DNA of 64,000 nt from Antedon mediterranea (taxonomy: Eukaryota; Animalia; Echinodermata): contig NC_092670.1 of assembly GCF_964355755.1 (NCBI RefSeq), positions 26,708,795-26,772,794 of the forward strand. Reading direction: 5' to 3'. The first letter of the stretch is position 1, and each line of letters begins with the position of its first letter. Position numbers and translations under genes: made by a program. Below the pieces are notes generated by a model that saw only the letters and a list, made by a program, of their open reading frames with translations, was not told the DNA's origin and ran no database searches. Below, piece after piece: positions 25,501 through 35,269 of the stretch.

Positions 25501-28500
25501 GGAAATAAGACTTTAGCGCACTAGCAAATAGGAAAACGATCGTAGCCTTCTTGAATGTATTATACGATCAAAGCAGCTAGCATTGAATTGCGCCTAGAAA
25601 TCATTTGATGACGTGCGTATGTTACCGACGAAAGAGTAAATCCCACCAATAGAGTCGATTAATTCAGTGTGATATTGAAAATAATAATATCATTGATATT
25701 TATTTTTAATACACATAACATTTTTACAAGAAAAACAATACAATCAATCATTTACTTTATTTACAATATACAAGATACCACATTTTAGACAACAGCCAAT
25801 ACTAGAGATCGAAAGAGAGACATGGCAGTAACAAAACACGTGTTTACATCTCTCGGCTGCGGCCGGTGAAAGCAAGTCTCAGTTGTTTAACACTTTGTTA
25901 CGCAGTCTTTTGTTTTTCGTCTAGTGGTCATGTCACGTGTCTCGTATGCATTAGGCTCTTTATGCATGCCGTGCCTCAGCTCTAGAGGAAGTACCGTACC
26001 TGCCTGTTAATCTATTTTTAGATTGTTGTGGTTGATATTTTTAAGCGTCACGGATAAGGTTTTAAGCGTCACGGCCGACCGTAAAGCGTCACGGTAGAGA
26101 ACCCAAGCGTCACGGTACCGTGACGCTTCAAAGGCCTGGGGAGAACACTGTACAGCCAATCTGAACCAAGACAAAATCCACTGGAATTAAGGTATATTTA
26201 ATAGGCCTACAAAAATGCGCTGCGCTGGTTTTTATGTTGTGTTTTATGTTGTTGTTTGATCTGTGTGCAGTTTAATGCAACAACAAACTGTTTTTTTAAA
26301 GGTCAATAGAAACAAATTTTTATTTTACTTACGACACGTTTCTGCAAGTTAAGGAGCTTCTTCACCCTGAAGGACATAACATCTTCTTTGCATGTTAATA
26401 GGTAGAGCAAATGACATATATGGGGGCACTGTATATAAAAAAAACCACATCATTATCATTTTTGGACTTAGCATTAAAACAATTTTAACATATAAATGTA
26501 AATAGATTCAGTTGCAACATGGATTATTTAGTTTCTCTAAGAATTGTATTTTTCTAAAAAGAAACTAACTTTTATACAATGTCAATCCACTATAACTTAG
26601 AATTTCAAAATTTAAGAACTATTTGATTGACTGATTATTTTTTTGACAATATTATCATCATTTAGGTATATTTATTCATAAAAAAGACATCAAAATACAA
26701 CGGCAGCCAAAAGGCTGAAAAGTAGTATTTTACAAAATTTGATAAAAATATATAAATACATTATGTATAAAAGGTAAAACTAGTTTAAAAAAAAAAAAAA
26801 AAAAATAATAATAATTTACCACATTAAAATTGGTCCACCTGTAAGTTAAAATAGTGCCAGCCTATTCAATATTCATCATTAATGAGTCGGACTAAAAAAG
26901 GGACTGGTGAAGATCTAAATCTTTCTGTACGACCAAACAAGATTTTGAGTAGAGGCTTACTCGCAGACCTCAGGGTTCTGCTAATGTCACGAACAGGGGG
27001 AAGAATGCTTCTAAATGTATCGGACTTTATTATTCCTTTACCAAATTTCAGTAAGAGTTGGACTCTTCTGTTAAATAGCGATGGAAGGTCTGACAATTTA
27101 AGAGCAGACTCGTAGGATACATAGTTCATGCCATAAATGATTCGTAGAGCTCTTTTTTTAACTCTTTCTATTGACTTAGTTTGGTCTTTCGTAATTGAAC
27201 TGTGCCACACAGGGCATGCATATTCAACTAAAGGACGTATATAGCATATTATTTGTTTGGACCAACTTAACCAATTCACCACGATAAGCGCTTAAAGCGC
27301 TCAAAAGGTCTCGGGGCGGCTCCCGATAGGCCTAGGCCCCATATGGTCATCGTCGGATGAGTCAGTCTACTAATTTCTTCATAATTTCGAAACCGGTCAT
27401 TCATAATGGTCAAGTTTGGTCTTATTTTGAAGAGAAGAAATAGGTTCTGATGAAGAGATGAGTTTTATTATGAAATATTTATTAATTTTTGTGCATTTGG
27501 TAGTCAAAGATAAATTACAAATTTTTTATAATTTTCCTAAAATATTTATAAAATTTGCATAATCCATACTCCGCCAAAATAAGTTGTAACACAAATTTGA
27601 TAACATATTTGGAAATAAAATGTCCTTTGCATTATTTTTGCTTTTTAATTTTTTTAATGTCTGTGTTTAGAAAAAAAGTTAGGGTTAATCATATGACATA
27701 TGCTTTTTGGGTCCCAGGGGAGCAAAATAAACTTAGGGGTCAATGGGTTAAGAAAGAGTACAAGCAAGCCAAAATAAATTTGATGATGAATAAACCAATA
27801 AATGCACTGATTAGTTTTAAATAACATAGTATAAAACTGACTACAAAGCCAAGCCATGATTAAACGTTGCTATCTTTATTTGATCATCACAATTTCAGCT
27901 CTTTTGATGCTCTCATCATTGAATTGTGGATTGACTGGATCAAAAGAGCTAACATTGTTTATCTGATTTTTACTTGTGTGTCTGCCGCCTTTTGTTTATC
28001 TCATTTGCATACTTATGAATAGACTGTAGTTATTGTCTACCTTTAGAATTATTGTTCATTCCTGGTGATGATCAAATAAAGATCGAAACGTTGAATCCTG
28101 GCTTGCCTCTTGTTATTTGTAGTCAGTTTTATACTATGATGAATAAAAATTAAATGCTTACCAGCAGATCACTTTCAATTAAATTAAAGATGACTCCATA
28201 GAGAGAATGTATCTTGTCTTTACCATCTACTACATCAAATACAAGAACCATCCATCGTGATAGTAACACCTGTTAAAATAATTTTTCACTACCATATTTA
28301 AATCAAGCTGTGTCAGAGAAAAGGTAAGTAAGTTCTTTGATCAAATTTCTGGAGCATAGTTACCAACCGCCTCAAAAAATCATGCATGATCACACTTTGT
28401 CTTGCATTTAGCACAAGTCCATGTGTGACCATTTGAAAATGCATTCAAATTAATTGGTTTATTAAAAGTATAAAACAGTTAAAGAGTGTTGTCCCCCAAA

Positions 28501-31500
28501 AACATGAAAAAATGAAAATTAATAAAATCATACTTTAAATAGGACATTTTGTAGTTTTAACAAAAGTTAATCACTTCTTTAGAAAAAAATCATGTTTTAA
28601 CTTATAAAATGACAAAATACACCCAATGACTGGCAGCAAAGTTTGCTTTAAATTATAGTTTTTTCATGTAAATAATTTTTTTTCTGATCCAATTTTGGGT
28701 CAAAGTGAATAACTATTATGTGACATTAAAATGGCATATTCAACAACAAAAATTGTAAAAAATCATTATCTTGGTCCAGCTGGGTGGTTGAACCATCATA
28801 ACTTGGTCCTGGGAACCTGATTTTAGGATACGAAATAAACAGTTGCACTGACCCTACAGGAGTACTAGATGACGCCAACCAAATAGTCATTTCAAATCTT
28901 GGTTGGTCGGTAATTATGCTGCTTAATATTTTTTAATTGTCATAAATAAAATAAACCTGAATTTAAGGGACCAACTTTTATAGGTTTACCTGGATCTCAG
29001 CAGATGGTCTGTTGGTGCATATCCATGATATACAGTTAAGTATAACTTGTTCAGATAACTTCTCATTTGGTAAAAGAGACTTTATAAGTTTAGAATTCAC
29101 AGCATCAGCTGAAATGGTATAATAATAATATTATTTTCTGTACAGCACAATAACTGATTTTTCAGTTGTACTGTAAATGATAAACAAATTTAACTGACTC
29201 TAATAGGCATACTAATAATCCTAAACATTAAATAAGGAAAAACAGCTTGAAATCATTGGTTGTAAAGATATATTTTTTTTAAAAAGCATCACAGATTATT
29301 TTAACAGCATTTAGTAGCAAAGGACCTTGGGATTGATAAGCAGCAGCCACCAAGCCACTACTTTAAAACATAACAAATAAAGCAGCTCCCTAACTTGGTG
29401 GTTAAGATGTTTCAGCTACCAATCTCTGAGTCCTTCGTTCAAATTCTGTTTGATGTCAGGGATTTTTTCTTGTGACACAATGTTAATAACTCCACTCAAA
29501 GATTTGTTAAGGTGTTTTTCTACTACGAGCAAGGTCTATGTTTGTCTTGTGAATGGATTGTCACATGTATATCGGAACATTAATCATCTAAATCGTCTAA
29601 ATAAACTGCTGCTATTTTGTATGTTTTGTAATTATCAGAAGACTCACAAAATCTGGCACTACAAGCAACATCCAGAATTGAGGTGATGTCATCATTTGAC
29701 AATCCATCTGCCTTTGCGGTTTTTTGTATGTTTTCCAAAGCCATTTGTAATTTCTGGTTGCCATGTACCTTTGTCTCGGAGTACTCTGTAAACAAATAAT
29801 TACCAAAACTTTCAATTATATTTTTTAATCCATCTGCGTAACACTAATGCACTTGTCAATTGTGCATCATTTGTCCGTTGTGCGTCATACCTATGTTTAC
29901 CCTGGCGCACCCAGTCTGCATCAAAAAAGTGCACCTATTTTTAAATTAGTGACGGACACTGATGCAACATTGTTCATTGAGGTGATTATTTGCACCTCTC
30001 CCCCCTCCCCGGGGTCATGTAGTGCATCATACAATTAAAAAGTTCATACACATAATACACAATGTAGGCTCTCTGTCTGATGTGTTTAAAACTGAATCAA
30101 AATTATAATATAAAAACACTATTAACATGTAACAAAGGATGTTGCGAGGTGTTTTCTCAATACGCTACTGGGTATGATCCGACTAGCGTTCATGTTCCCA
30201 ACTAATCATCCATTTATAGAAATACTGACAAAGAAGTCATTTTGTGGAGACTACAGAATCCTGAATGGACCCGAGACTATCTTTGAATTTTTAAATGATC
30301 GAAAGTTTGGTATTGTTTGTTAGGATAGGAATGTACAATGTATGATGCATGTACAGGTATATGTTTATTAACAATTGTTGACGTTTTTTAAACTTTGTAT
30401 TTAAATTACGATGAGAAAACAGTTATTTGATCATTAGATACGTTCATAAAATTAAATTTGTTAGTATAAACTTTATGTATGTGTATATGCTTAATTGACA
30501 TCATTCTACATAGGCCTATTTATATTATTACTAACTACAGTAGGCTCTGTTTTATTAACTACTACTTTTATTAACTATCTAGCCTCTTTAGGCTATAGTA
30601 GGCCTGGGCCTAATTAATAATAATTCAACATTGAATTACTGTATATTTCAATTTCTATTTTATCATGCCTATATACTGTAGTATATGGTGTTTGTAATAA
30701 TAGGCCTATCTTGTTCTATGATCGGGTCCACGAAAATGAATGGATTTATAATTGTTCACCGTAAAATAAATTTAAGGTGTTCTTTCCACGACTTTGTGAT
30801 ACAAATCATAAATGTAATAAACTATGTAAAAGAATTATAAAATATTTGAATAGTTTTATTAACATTAAAATTATAAATTTTTTTGTATGCATGTTTTTTA
30901 ACGTACATGCATATGGTGTTTGTTGTGCCGATAAAACTAACTACAAATGACATTAGCGTTGCCAGCGATAAAATTTAAATTATGCCGTAGCCTGTCTCAA
31001 ATAATGCCAGATTGGGAAAAATAATGCCAAATCCCCAAAATGTGGCCCTGATTAGCGCCACCAACGGTCGCATGTCTAAAAAACGTCTGTAAAACCCCAA
31101 CTGACACAAAATAGGGCCTAAAATTGTATCCCCTGTCGTTTTGTGTGTATGAATAACTAATATAATTTCCAATATCTGGGGTGCGAAAATGGTAACTGCA
31201 AATGTCATCAGCCCCTACCCTGCAACCACCCCCCCCCCCCCCGCCAAATTAAAAACCTGCTGCAGTCACGAACATTCTGATTTTTTGGCTGAAATATGTT
31301 CGGAAATAGCATAAAAATCCATTAATGTCTTCTAGACAGACAATTTTGAAAAATAGAGCTGCTCGATTTCAAATATGAAATAAAAATATATTTATTAGTG
31401 CCTCCAGGATATTAGCAAACCATGGTCCGACAATGGCACTCATAATTTAAGATAGGAAATAAAACTATAAATTAGTGTCTCCAGGACCTCAGCCCCAACC

Positions 31501-33027
31501 ATAGCCCCACCATGGTTGGGGCTGAGGTAAAAAAAAAAATGGGGAAAATAGAGCTGCTCGATGGCCGGAAATGGCACTTAATTTCAAATAAAAATGTGTA
31601 AGAGTATCTAGGACCTCGGCCCATTCTGGTCACTGGGACTGAGGTAAGAACATAGAGCTACGATGCCCAGAATTGGAACATAATTTGAAATATGGAAAAA
31701 AGTTCTCTAGGAGAAAAAAGGTTTAAAATTAGAGCTGCTAAGTTACCGGAAACTGCCCTTTATCTTGCCTTATACTTATGAACTGACCAAACCAAACCCC
31801 TTTCATAATGTTTTAGTTCAATTGTCTCTACATCATTTGTGGGGATCCAATCAATACCTGCATGATCTCTGAAATAGAGCAACATAATTGGTCAATCGCG
31901 GCTAGTCTCGGTTTCGTTGTGCTGCCTATCGCACACACGGTAGATTCTGAGCAGAAGCCTGCCAGCCTATCAGAAGAGTCGATCGAGTCCGAAACGAAAG
32001 GATGGGGGAACTATTGTACGGAAAAAACTTGACAGACCTGTTTTGTACGATATGATATTGCGCAAGGTGATATGCACGCAATTGCAAGATTAAACAAAAT
32101 ATTATTCTTGTTCTGTGGTATATTATTTTTTTGGTTGTTCAAAAAACACAAAATTATGCCAGATTATGCTAAAAACGGCTAAATAATGCCGCGGCATTAT
32201 GCCAGATGCCGTGGGCCTCCAAATAATGCCAAAAAAGCACAATAATGTCAGAAATGGCAACTATGAATGACAAGTTCAAATCTAGTTATTCTTGCTTGTT
32301 GTACTAAACCATATTATAAAAGGCCTGTTTCTGCTTGACGCCGACGGTATATTTTTGGTAGCAAAACGAATATAAGAATAAAAGCACATCAATCAAGCCC
32401 ACCACTGCTGCTACACAGAGGATACACAGTCAGTGAGTCCCACGTACGATCAATAATTTGGTTACTGTAACAACACAATATTTCATTTCATCCACTTGGT
32501 ATGCTGAGAACTCAATTTCAAACTATAAATGGAACGGATTTACAAATGATGCACATTGTTAAAGACTATCGGACTAAACATATAAGACGTTTTGGCCCGT
32601 CTGTGTGTTGTCCTGATCGTCTTAAAAACTTGTTGGGCCAGATCGTCTCACACTTTTTTTTGGGCTCGATAGTCTTACCGATCATCCATGTGGTCCCGAT
32701 CGGATTCGTAGGCCTAGCTAGGCCTACATCACATATGAATGAAAAACAAAACATATATATAGGCCTAGCTAGGCCTATAGCCTATCCTCCTAGCTAGGCC
32801 TAGTCCTACTACAGTACTAAAGGCCAGGCTAGGCCTAGCCTAGCTAGGCTAGTTTAGTTAGGCTTACTATCGTTAAAAAAATGTATCGCCCGAGAAAGGT
32901 CCATCAAGGAGTCGGTTCCGGTTCCACTAAGCCTAGGCCTAGCTCTTTTATTACCAGCTCCACTGTTTAGTGCGGTTTCAGCCAGTACCACTGCATCGCT
33001 TCTCAAAGACGGATATTTTGATGACAT
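1398..33027 (-). CDS. CENPI: Centromere protein I (CENP-I/Mis6/Ctf3 family), 13 coding exons in window, 3' end beyond position 1
   Basis: Manually spliced exons 33027-32955, 29785-29648, 29108-28990, 28269-28162, 26428-26333, 22630-22418, 14679-14518, 13468-13348, 8164-8079, 5512-5395, 5257-5068, 4856-4703, 1522-1398. All introns GT-AG with matching phases; 1703 nt open. Peptides such as CPHICHLLYLLTCKEDVMSFRVKKLL, GAHPHISGLLSVYK, LPSRVGAVL and LFFCSSVYFKC are collinear with vertebrate CENP-I as recalled (CPYVCHLLYLLTKKENVKPFRVRKLL, LFFTSTIYFKC). Confidence 0.93.
3251..3500 (+). mobile_element. Degraded tRNA-derived SINE (MetaSINE-like central domain)
   Basis: tRNA-like head with B-box-like GTTCGAG followed by GGATAAGAACTATAAACCGTAGG...TTAAAGAACC; inserted after a (TA)n run. 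Confidence 0.55.
4703..4856 (-). CDS. CENPI: CENP-I exon 12 (CDLMFEELL...ENSLLLYHVLSFYDL)
   Basis: taaaag acceptor, GTAAGT donor, phase 2 to 0. Confidence 0.9.
5068..5257 (-). CDS. CENPI: CENP-I exon 11 (KLNDLVLEPLRKLFFCSSVYFKCQLIYSLTELL...DKTN)
   Basis: Within ORF 4953-5255; ttgtag acceptor, GTATGC donor. Confidence 0.92.
5395..5512 (-). CDS. CENPI: CENP-I exon 10 (EDIPVSESFLVKYLYVWNGLDYRPYILQLITRFRIHPFQ)
   Basis: gacag acceptor, GTAAGT donor; E.FL...L..W.GL motif. Confidence 0.92.
5740..6840. repeat. Dispersed repeat with an inverted copy at about 33520-34095
   Basis: Shared blocks such as GTCACATAATAGTTA, GCTAAGGTCAAGTCTGGGGG and AGAACTATAACTGCTGCTTGCTTTAGC occur in reverse complement at 33.5-34.1 kb. 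Confidence 0.65.
5830..5990. mobile_element. PIF/Harbinger-type MITE, 161 bp
   Basis: 17-bp TIR AGC(T/G)TGGTTCCCACTAG with one mismatch; TAA duplicated on both sides. Confidence 0.8.
6900..7620 (-). pseudogene. Degraded 3' fragment of a CR1-group LINE RT
   Basis: HNKIVRFI..., FYFNAIKAWNNLP...FKQSLK C-terminal motifs, with frameshifts. Confidence 0.6.
8079..8164 (-). CDS. CENPI: CENP-I exon 9 (ELLDCDDAGNNPRAEHLLQLLINFTEFLQ)
   Basis: ttttcag acceptor, GTAAAA donor, phase 1 to 0. Confidence 0.88.
8700..11040 (+). mobile_element. 5'-truncated L2-clade LINE (APE end + RT), frameshifted
   Basis: ISDH, NYRPVSNL, LDLSAAFDTVDH, PQDSVLGP, YADD, FVTSRLD.GNSLL, ELNWLP; ends in a (GATT)n tail. Confidence 0.9.
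11041..13045 (+). mobile_element. Tandem cluster of non-autonomous Helentron/Helitron-type elements (family A)
   Basis: Recurrent 3' end GCGGATAAC + hairpin GAACTCGTC-n5-GACGAGTTC + AAAT(C/G)TAGT; 5' GTTATCCGC; palindromic start at about 12495; body similar to 8390-8697 and 23060-23610. Confidence 0.6.
13348..13468 (-). CDS. CENPI: CENP-I exon 8 (LPSRVGAVLQSPLLQHALSCTKDEDIIQRLSFWLYQTLHE)
   Basis: tcacag acceptor, GTATTC donor. Confidence 0.92.
13578..14273 (+). mobile_element. Non-autonomous Helitron (about 696 bp)
   Basis: A|TCTATATTAAT 5' end, short hairpin TGTGTCCGAGCACA then CTAG|T 3' end, no TSD; second copy begins at about 14707. Confidence 0.7.
14518..14679 (-). CDS. CENPI: CENP-I exon 7 (KSKRRRQELIPRP...VPVSQIKTFHQLLINLDRLE)
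   Basis: ttgtag acceptor, GTAAAT donor, 162 nt phase 0-0; basic NLS-like KSKRRR. Confidence 0.88.
15793..18927 (+). pseudogene. Academ protein remnant with XPG/PIN-like nuclease and C-terminal Cys-rich (CXC) domain
   Basis: DLAIEQCLMRSIKTRGGLTRGRG, VLDGGALLH, VFDGY, ADDTD, GCDTTS, LPPT, CKC..GC...CSC...GLDC...C..C; interrupted by a hAT insertion and frameshifts; ORF 17806-18927 still open for 373 aa. Confidence 0.8.
16369..17606 (+). mobile_element. Internally deleted hAT transposon with 6-bp TSD, nested in Academ
   Basis: 15-bp TIR CAGGG(G/A)CGCAGCCAG; TSD TAATGT; hAT dimerisation-domain remnant PVTSAEAERSFS..R.KT.LR..M...LSGL (16450-16976). Confidence 0.85.
20551..21720 (+). pseudogene. 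Truncated, internally deleted CR1-group LINE RT fragment
   Basis: NYRPIS, QYGF, FLDLSKAFDTIDH; (TGAA)n tail. Confidence 0.8.
22418..22630 (-). CDS. CENPI: CENP-I exon 6 (GAHPHISGLLSVYKLYRPSWLSV...CTNLAQ)
   Basis: Within ORF 22409-22687; ttaaag acceptor, GTAAGT donor. Confidence 0.92.
23060..23609 (+). mobile_element. Family A Helentron/Helitron-type element copy
   Basis: Similar to 8500-8697 and 11041-11511; ends GCGGATAAC..AACTCGTC..GACGAGTT CAAATCTAG. Confidence 0.6.
24385..25550. repeat. About 175-bp tandem repeat (about 6 copies) inside the hAT-like element
   Basis: Recurring GGCCGGAAA..TAGCGCGCTAGCAAAC..CGTAGCCTACTTTT..GTAAACATACGCGAT units. Confidence 0.8.
25128..25349. mobile_element. 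222-bp MITE nested in the tandem repeat
   Basis: 14-bp TIR TGTCGTATTCGATT; 3-bp TSD ATT consistent with neighbouring empty repeat units. Confidence 0.7.
26333..26428 (-). CDS. CENPI: CENP-I exon 5 (CPHICHLLYLLTCKEDVMSFRVKKLLNLQKRV)
   Basis: tatacag acceptor, GTAAGT donor; most conserved CENP-I block. Confidence 0.94.
26670..27280 (-). pseudogene. 3' fragment of a CR1-group LINE
   Basis: YIRPLVEYACPVWH, IERVKKRALRII, RTERFRSS; 3' UTR with AATAAA. Confidence 0.8.
27825..28138. mobile_element. Short Penelope-like remnant with inverted pseudo-LTR arms and a degenerate hammerhead motif
   Basis: Arms CATAGTATAAAACTGACTACAAA / TTTGTAGTCAGTTTTATACTATG; ATTC CTGGTGA T GATC-loop-GATC GAAA CGTT GAAT at 28058-28096. 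Confidence 0.55.
28162..28269 (-). CDS. CENPI: CENP-I exon 4 (VLLSRWMVLVFDVVDGKDKIHSLYGVIFNLIESDLL)
   Basis: ttaacag acceptor, GTAAGC donor; RW...FD..D....LYG motif. Confidence 0.92.
28990..29108 (-). CDS. CENPI: CENP-I exon 3 (SDAVNSKLIKSLLPNEKLSEQVILNCISWICTNRPSAEIQ)
   Basis: tttcag acceptor, GTAAAC donor, phase consistent. Confidence 0.9.
29648..29785 (-). CDS. CENPI: CENP-I exon 2 (EYSETKVHGNQKLQMALENIQKTAKADGLSNDDITSILDVACSARF)
   Basis: tttacag acceptor, GTGAGT donor; GLS..I..ILDVA motif. Confidence 0.9.
32955..33027 (-). CDS. CENPI: CENP-I coding exon 1 (MSSKYPSLRSDAVVLAETALNSGA)
   Basis: ATG at 33027, donor G|GTAATA; phase 1 matches exon 2; lies just downstream of promoter motifs. 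Confidence 0.75.
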
Positions 33028-33234
33028 GATAATACCCTGGCTGGCTGGCCCTTTCCTTTTTTGTTGGTGGCCAGAGCAGCTAGCCTAGGGCCTAGCTAGG
33101 CAAATTTATTCAAGTATTCAGTCAACAAGGTCTACGCTCTAGGATAGGGTAGGCTAGGCCTAACCAGTATTTTAAATTCCAATCAAGGAATATATATAAA
33201 CCCACTGCTGACACTGAGACACGTACACCAGGTA

Positions 33235-33350
33235 CGCCGCCAAAATTTCGAATTGGTTAGTTTTGATTGGTTTTGATGGCGGTCTAGTATATAGTTCTGT
33301 TGAATTGGTATACATCATTAAAATAAAAGAGAGGATAGAGAGGGCGCTAT
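33235..33350 (-). promoter_or_regulatory. Putative CENP-I promoter with CCAAT boxes, E2F-like TTTGGCGG and CHR-like TTCGAA
   Basis: Minus strand reads CCAATCAAAACTAACCAATTCGAAATTTTGGCGGC about 210-240 bp upstream of the ATG; third CCAAT at 33304-33308; AGAGGGCGCTA at about 33339-33349. Confidence 0.6.
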
Positions 33351-35269
33351 TCAAGATTTACGCCTTTTAATGTATTACAACAAGCTGTTACTATTCCAAT
33401 GTAGAGTATAGTCAAAGATAGTGTAGTACACTACTACACTATCTTTGGTATAGTCCACCATGGAGTTGAGTCCTTTGTTTTTAAAATGTAGGCCTATAAC
33501 GTTCAAAAGGCCCAGCAGCTTATTTTTTCACGCTGGTGCTCTAGCCCGCTACGTCCCCATTAGGACTACTGAATCAGAAGCTAAAGCAAGCAGCAGTTAT
33601 AGTTCTAAGGACGACAGTTTTGCGAAAATGGAAATTCCACTATAATTTATTGATTCCAGCTGCTACAGTAGTCCAAAAAACTTCTGGGAAAAGAGTCTAT
33701 TAGGTCATGCTAAAATTACAAATCCCAAAGCATTTCTGGTATATTCACTGTCAGATAATATTCATTGAATTATTATCAAAACAGTCTATTAAAGTTTGTG
33801 TTTGTAATAGGATACTTCACACTTGAAATATCTAGGGTGAAGTGACCCCCAGACTTGACCTTAGCAATAAAATTAACTAAAGTGACAGAAATTGAGTATT
33901 CACTTCTGTAACAAAAAATAATATATATTCACATATAAAAAGAGAAAAGAAACCCACAAACCATTGTTTGTCTGACAGACAATTTATTTGTTGCTTTAAA
34001 TTACATTTTTTCAGGTAAAATAACTATTATGTGACAATAAAATGACACATTCAAAAACATTTGAAATAAAAAATATTTTTCAATAAGCGAGCAGCGTTTT
34101 TTGTAAGAAATATTTCTTGTTTAAATTCTCTTAGCTAAGCCCCAATCTTGGTGGGAGTATTCTTGGAATGTTTCTTGTCATATTTCAGAAGGCCTACCTG
34201 TAGGCCTAAGTGCAATTTCCGACGACCAAGCAGCTCTATTTAAAGGTGTGGCTGAGGTTCTGGGGCGGATTGCTATAAAACAGTTTAAACTGATGGTCTT
34301 AACTCCCCGATTAATATAAAGCCGGCTTTATCAGATGGACGGTCTTACTAAAATAAAAGCCACCCCTGTTATACCATGGAGGATCTGTATATTTCCTCCA
34401 TGGTTAGACCATTGCTATAAACAGAATCTTAGCTAAGATTTGTTAAACGTAATCGAAACGTTTGAAATTACGTTTTGTTTTTCATGGTTTGGTGTTTCTA
34501 AAACGTTTTAAACATGTTTAAACGTTTGTAGAAATAAATGTTAATTGAACAATAATAATAATAATAATAATAATACCACATTTACCTAGCGCCCTTTTCA
34601 TGAGTAATCATGCTCAAAGGCGCTTTACAACATTTGCATCCACACTTTTGCAAAACGGAGACGATAATGTCGCCATGAAGAGATGATTGGTGTCTTTCCC
34701 AGTATTTAACTTCTTCTAGGCCTATATGGTCAACATGTCCACTCATACCAGGGAGATTTTACATCTCCCTGCTCATACTGTCAAACACTACTCCCAGATA
34801 GGCTACTTATAACTGTTAACAATCTCTACTTCCTTTCCTTTAATGTATAACGAGTCTATACTGTCAGACCAATTACGTTTTCAAAAAATCAATCCAATCA
34901 ATCAATTTCTTTCGTTATAGGCCTATTTATGTTTAGTTCAAATGTAAAAGTAGCAGGTGGGCTGATCAGTAAAAAACAACAACATATAATTATGTCAATG
35001 AATCTGTTACCATTTTGTTTCTATATCTTACAATATCGTTTTCGTTTATTATCAGATGATTAGTAAAACAAACAAACAATTTAATTATGTTAATTGTGCT
35101 CGCGTCTACCGATAGGTTCTTAGGCTCAAATCCATGTTGTTCAGATTTTATCCCTTACAAATAAAAAATATGATTTATCCACAGATGGAGATTTGGCCGA
35201 TTAGAATTTCTTGTACAACCATGGACCTATAGGTCCATGGTACAACGTACAAAATACATCGGCCCCTGA

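Larger units (their letters stand above)
24235..26150. mobile_element. Non-autonomous hAT-like element with 5-bp TSD
   Basis: Perfect 16-bp TIR CAGTGTTCTCCCCAGG; TACAG duplicated; repeated subterminal AAGCGTCACG motifs; no ORF. Confidence 0.85.

Noticed and set aside
30960-32240. Possible hAT-like element with ATAATGCC subterminal repeats
   Set aside because: No TIR pair or TSD could be defined, so boundaries are unsupported.
33460-33645. Divergent gene sharing the CENP-I promoter
   Set aside because: The short ORF lies in the dispersed repeat, and no downstream plus-strand exon chain was found.
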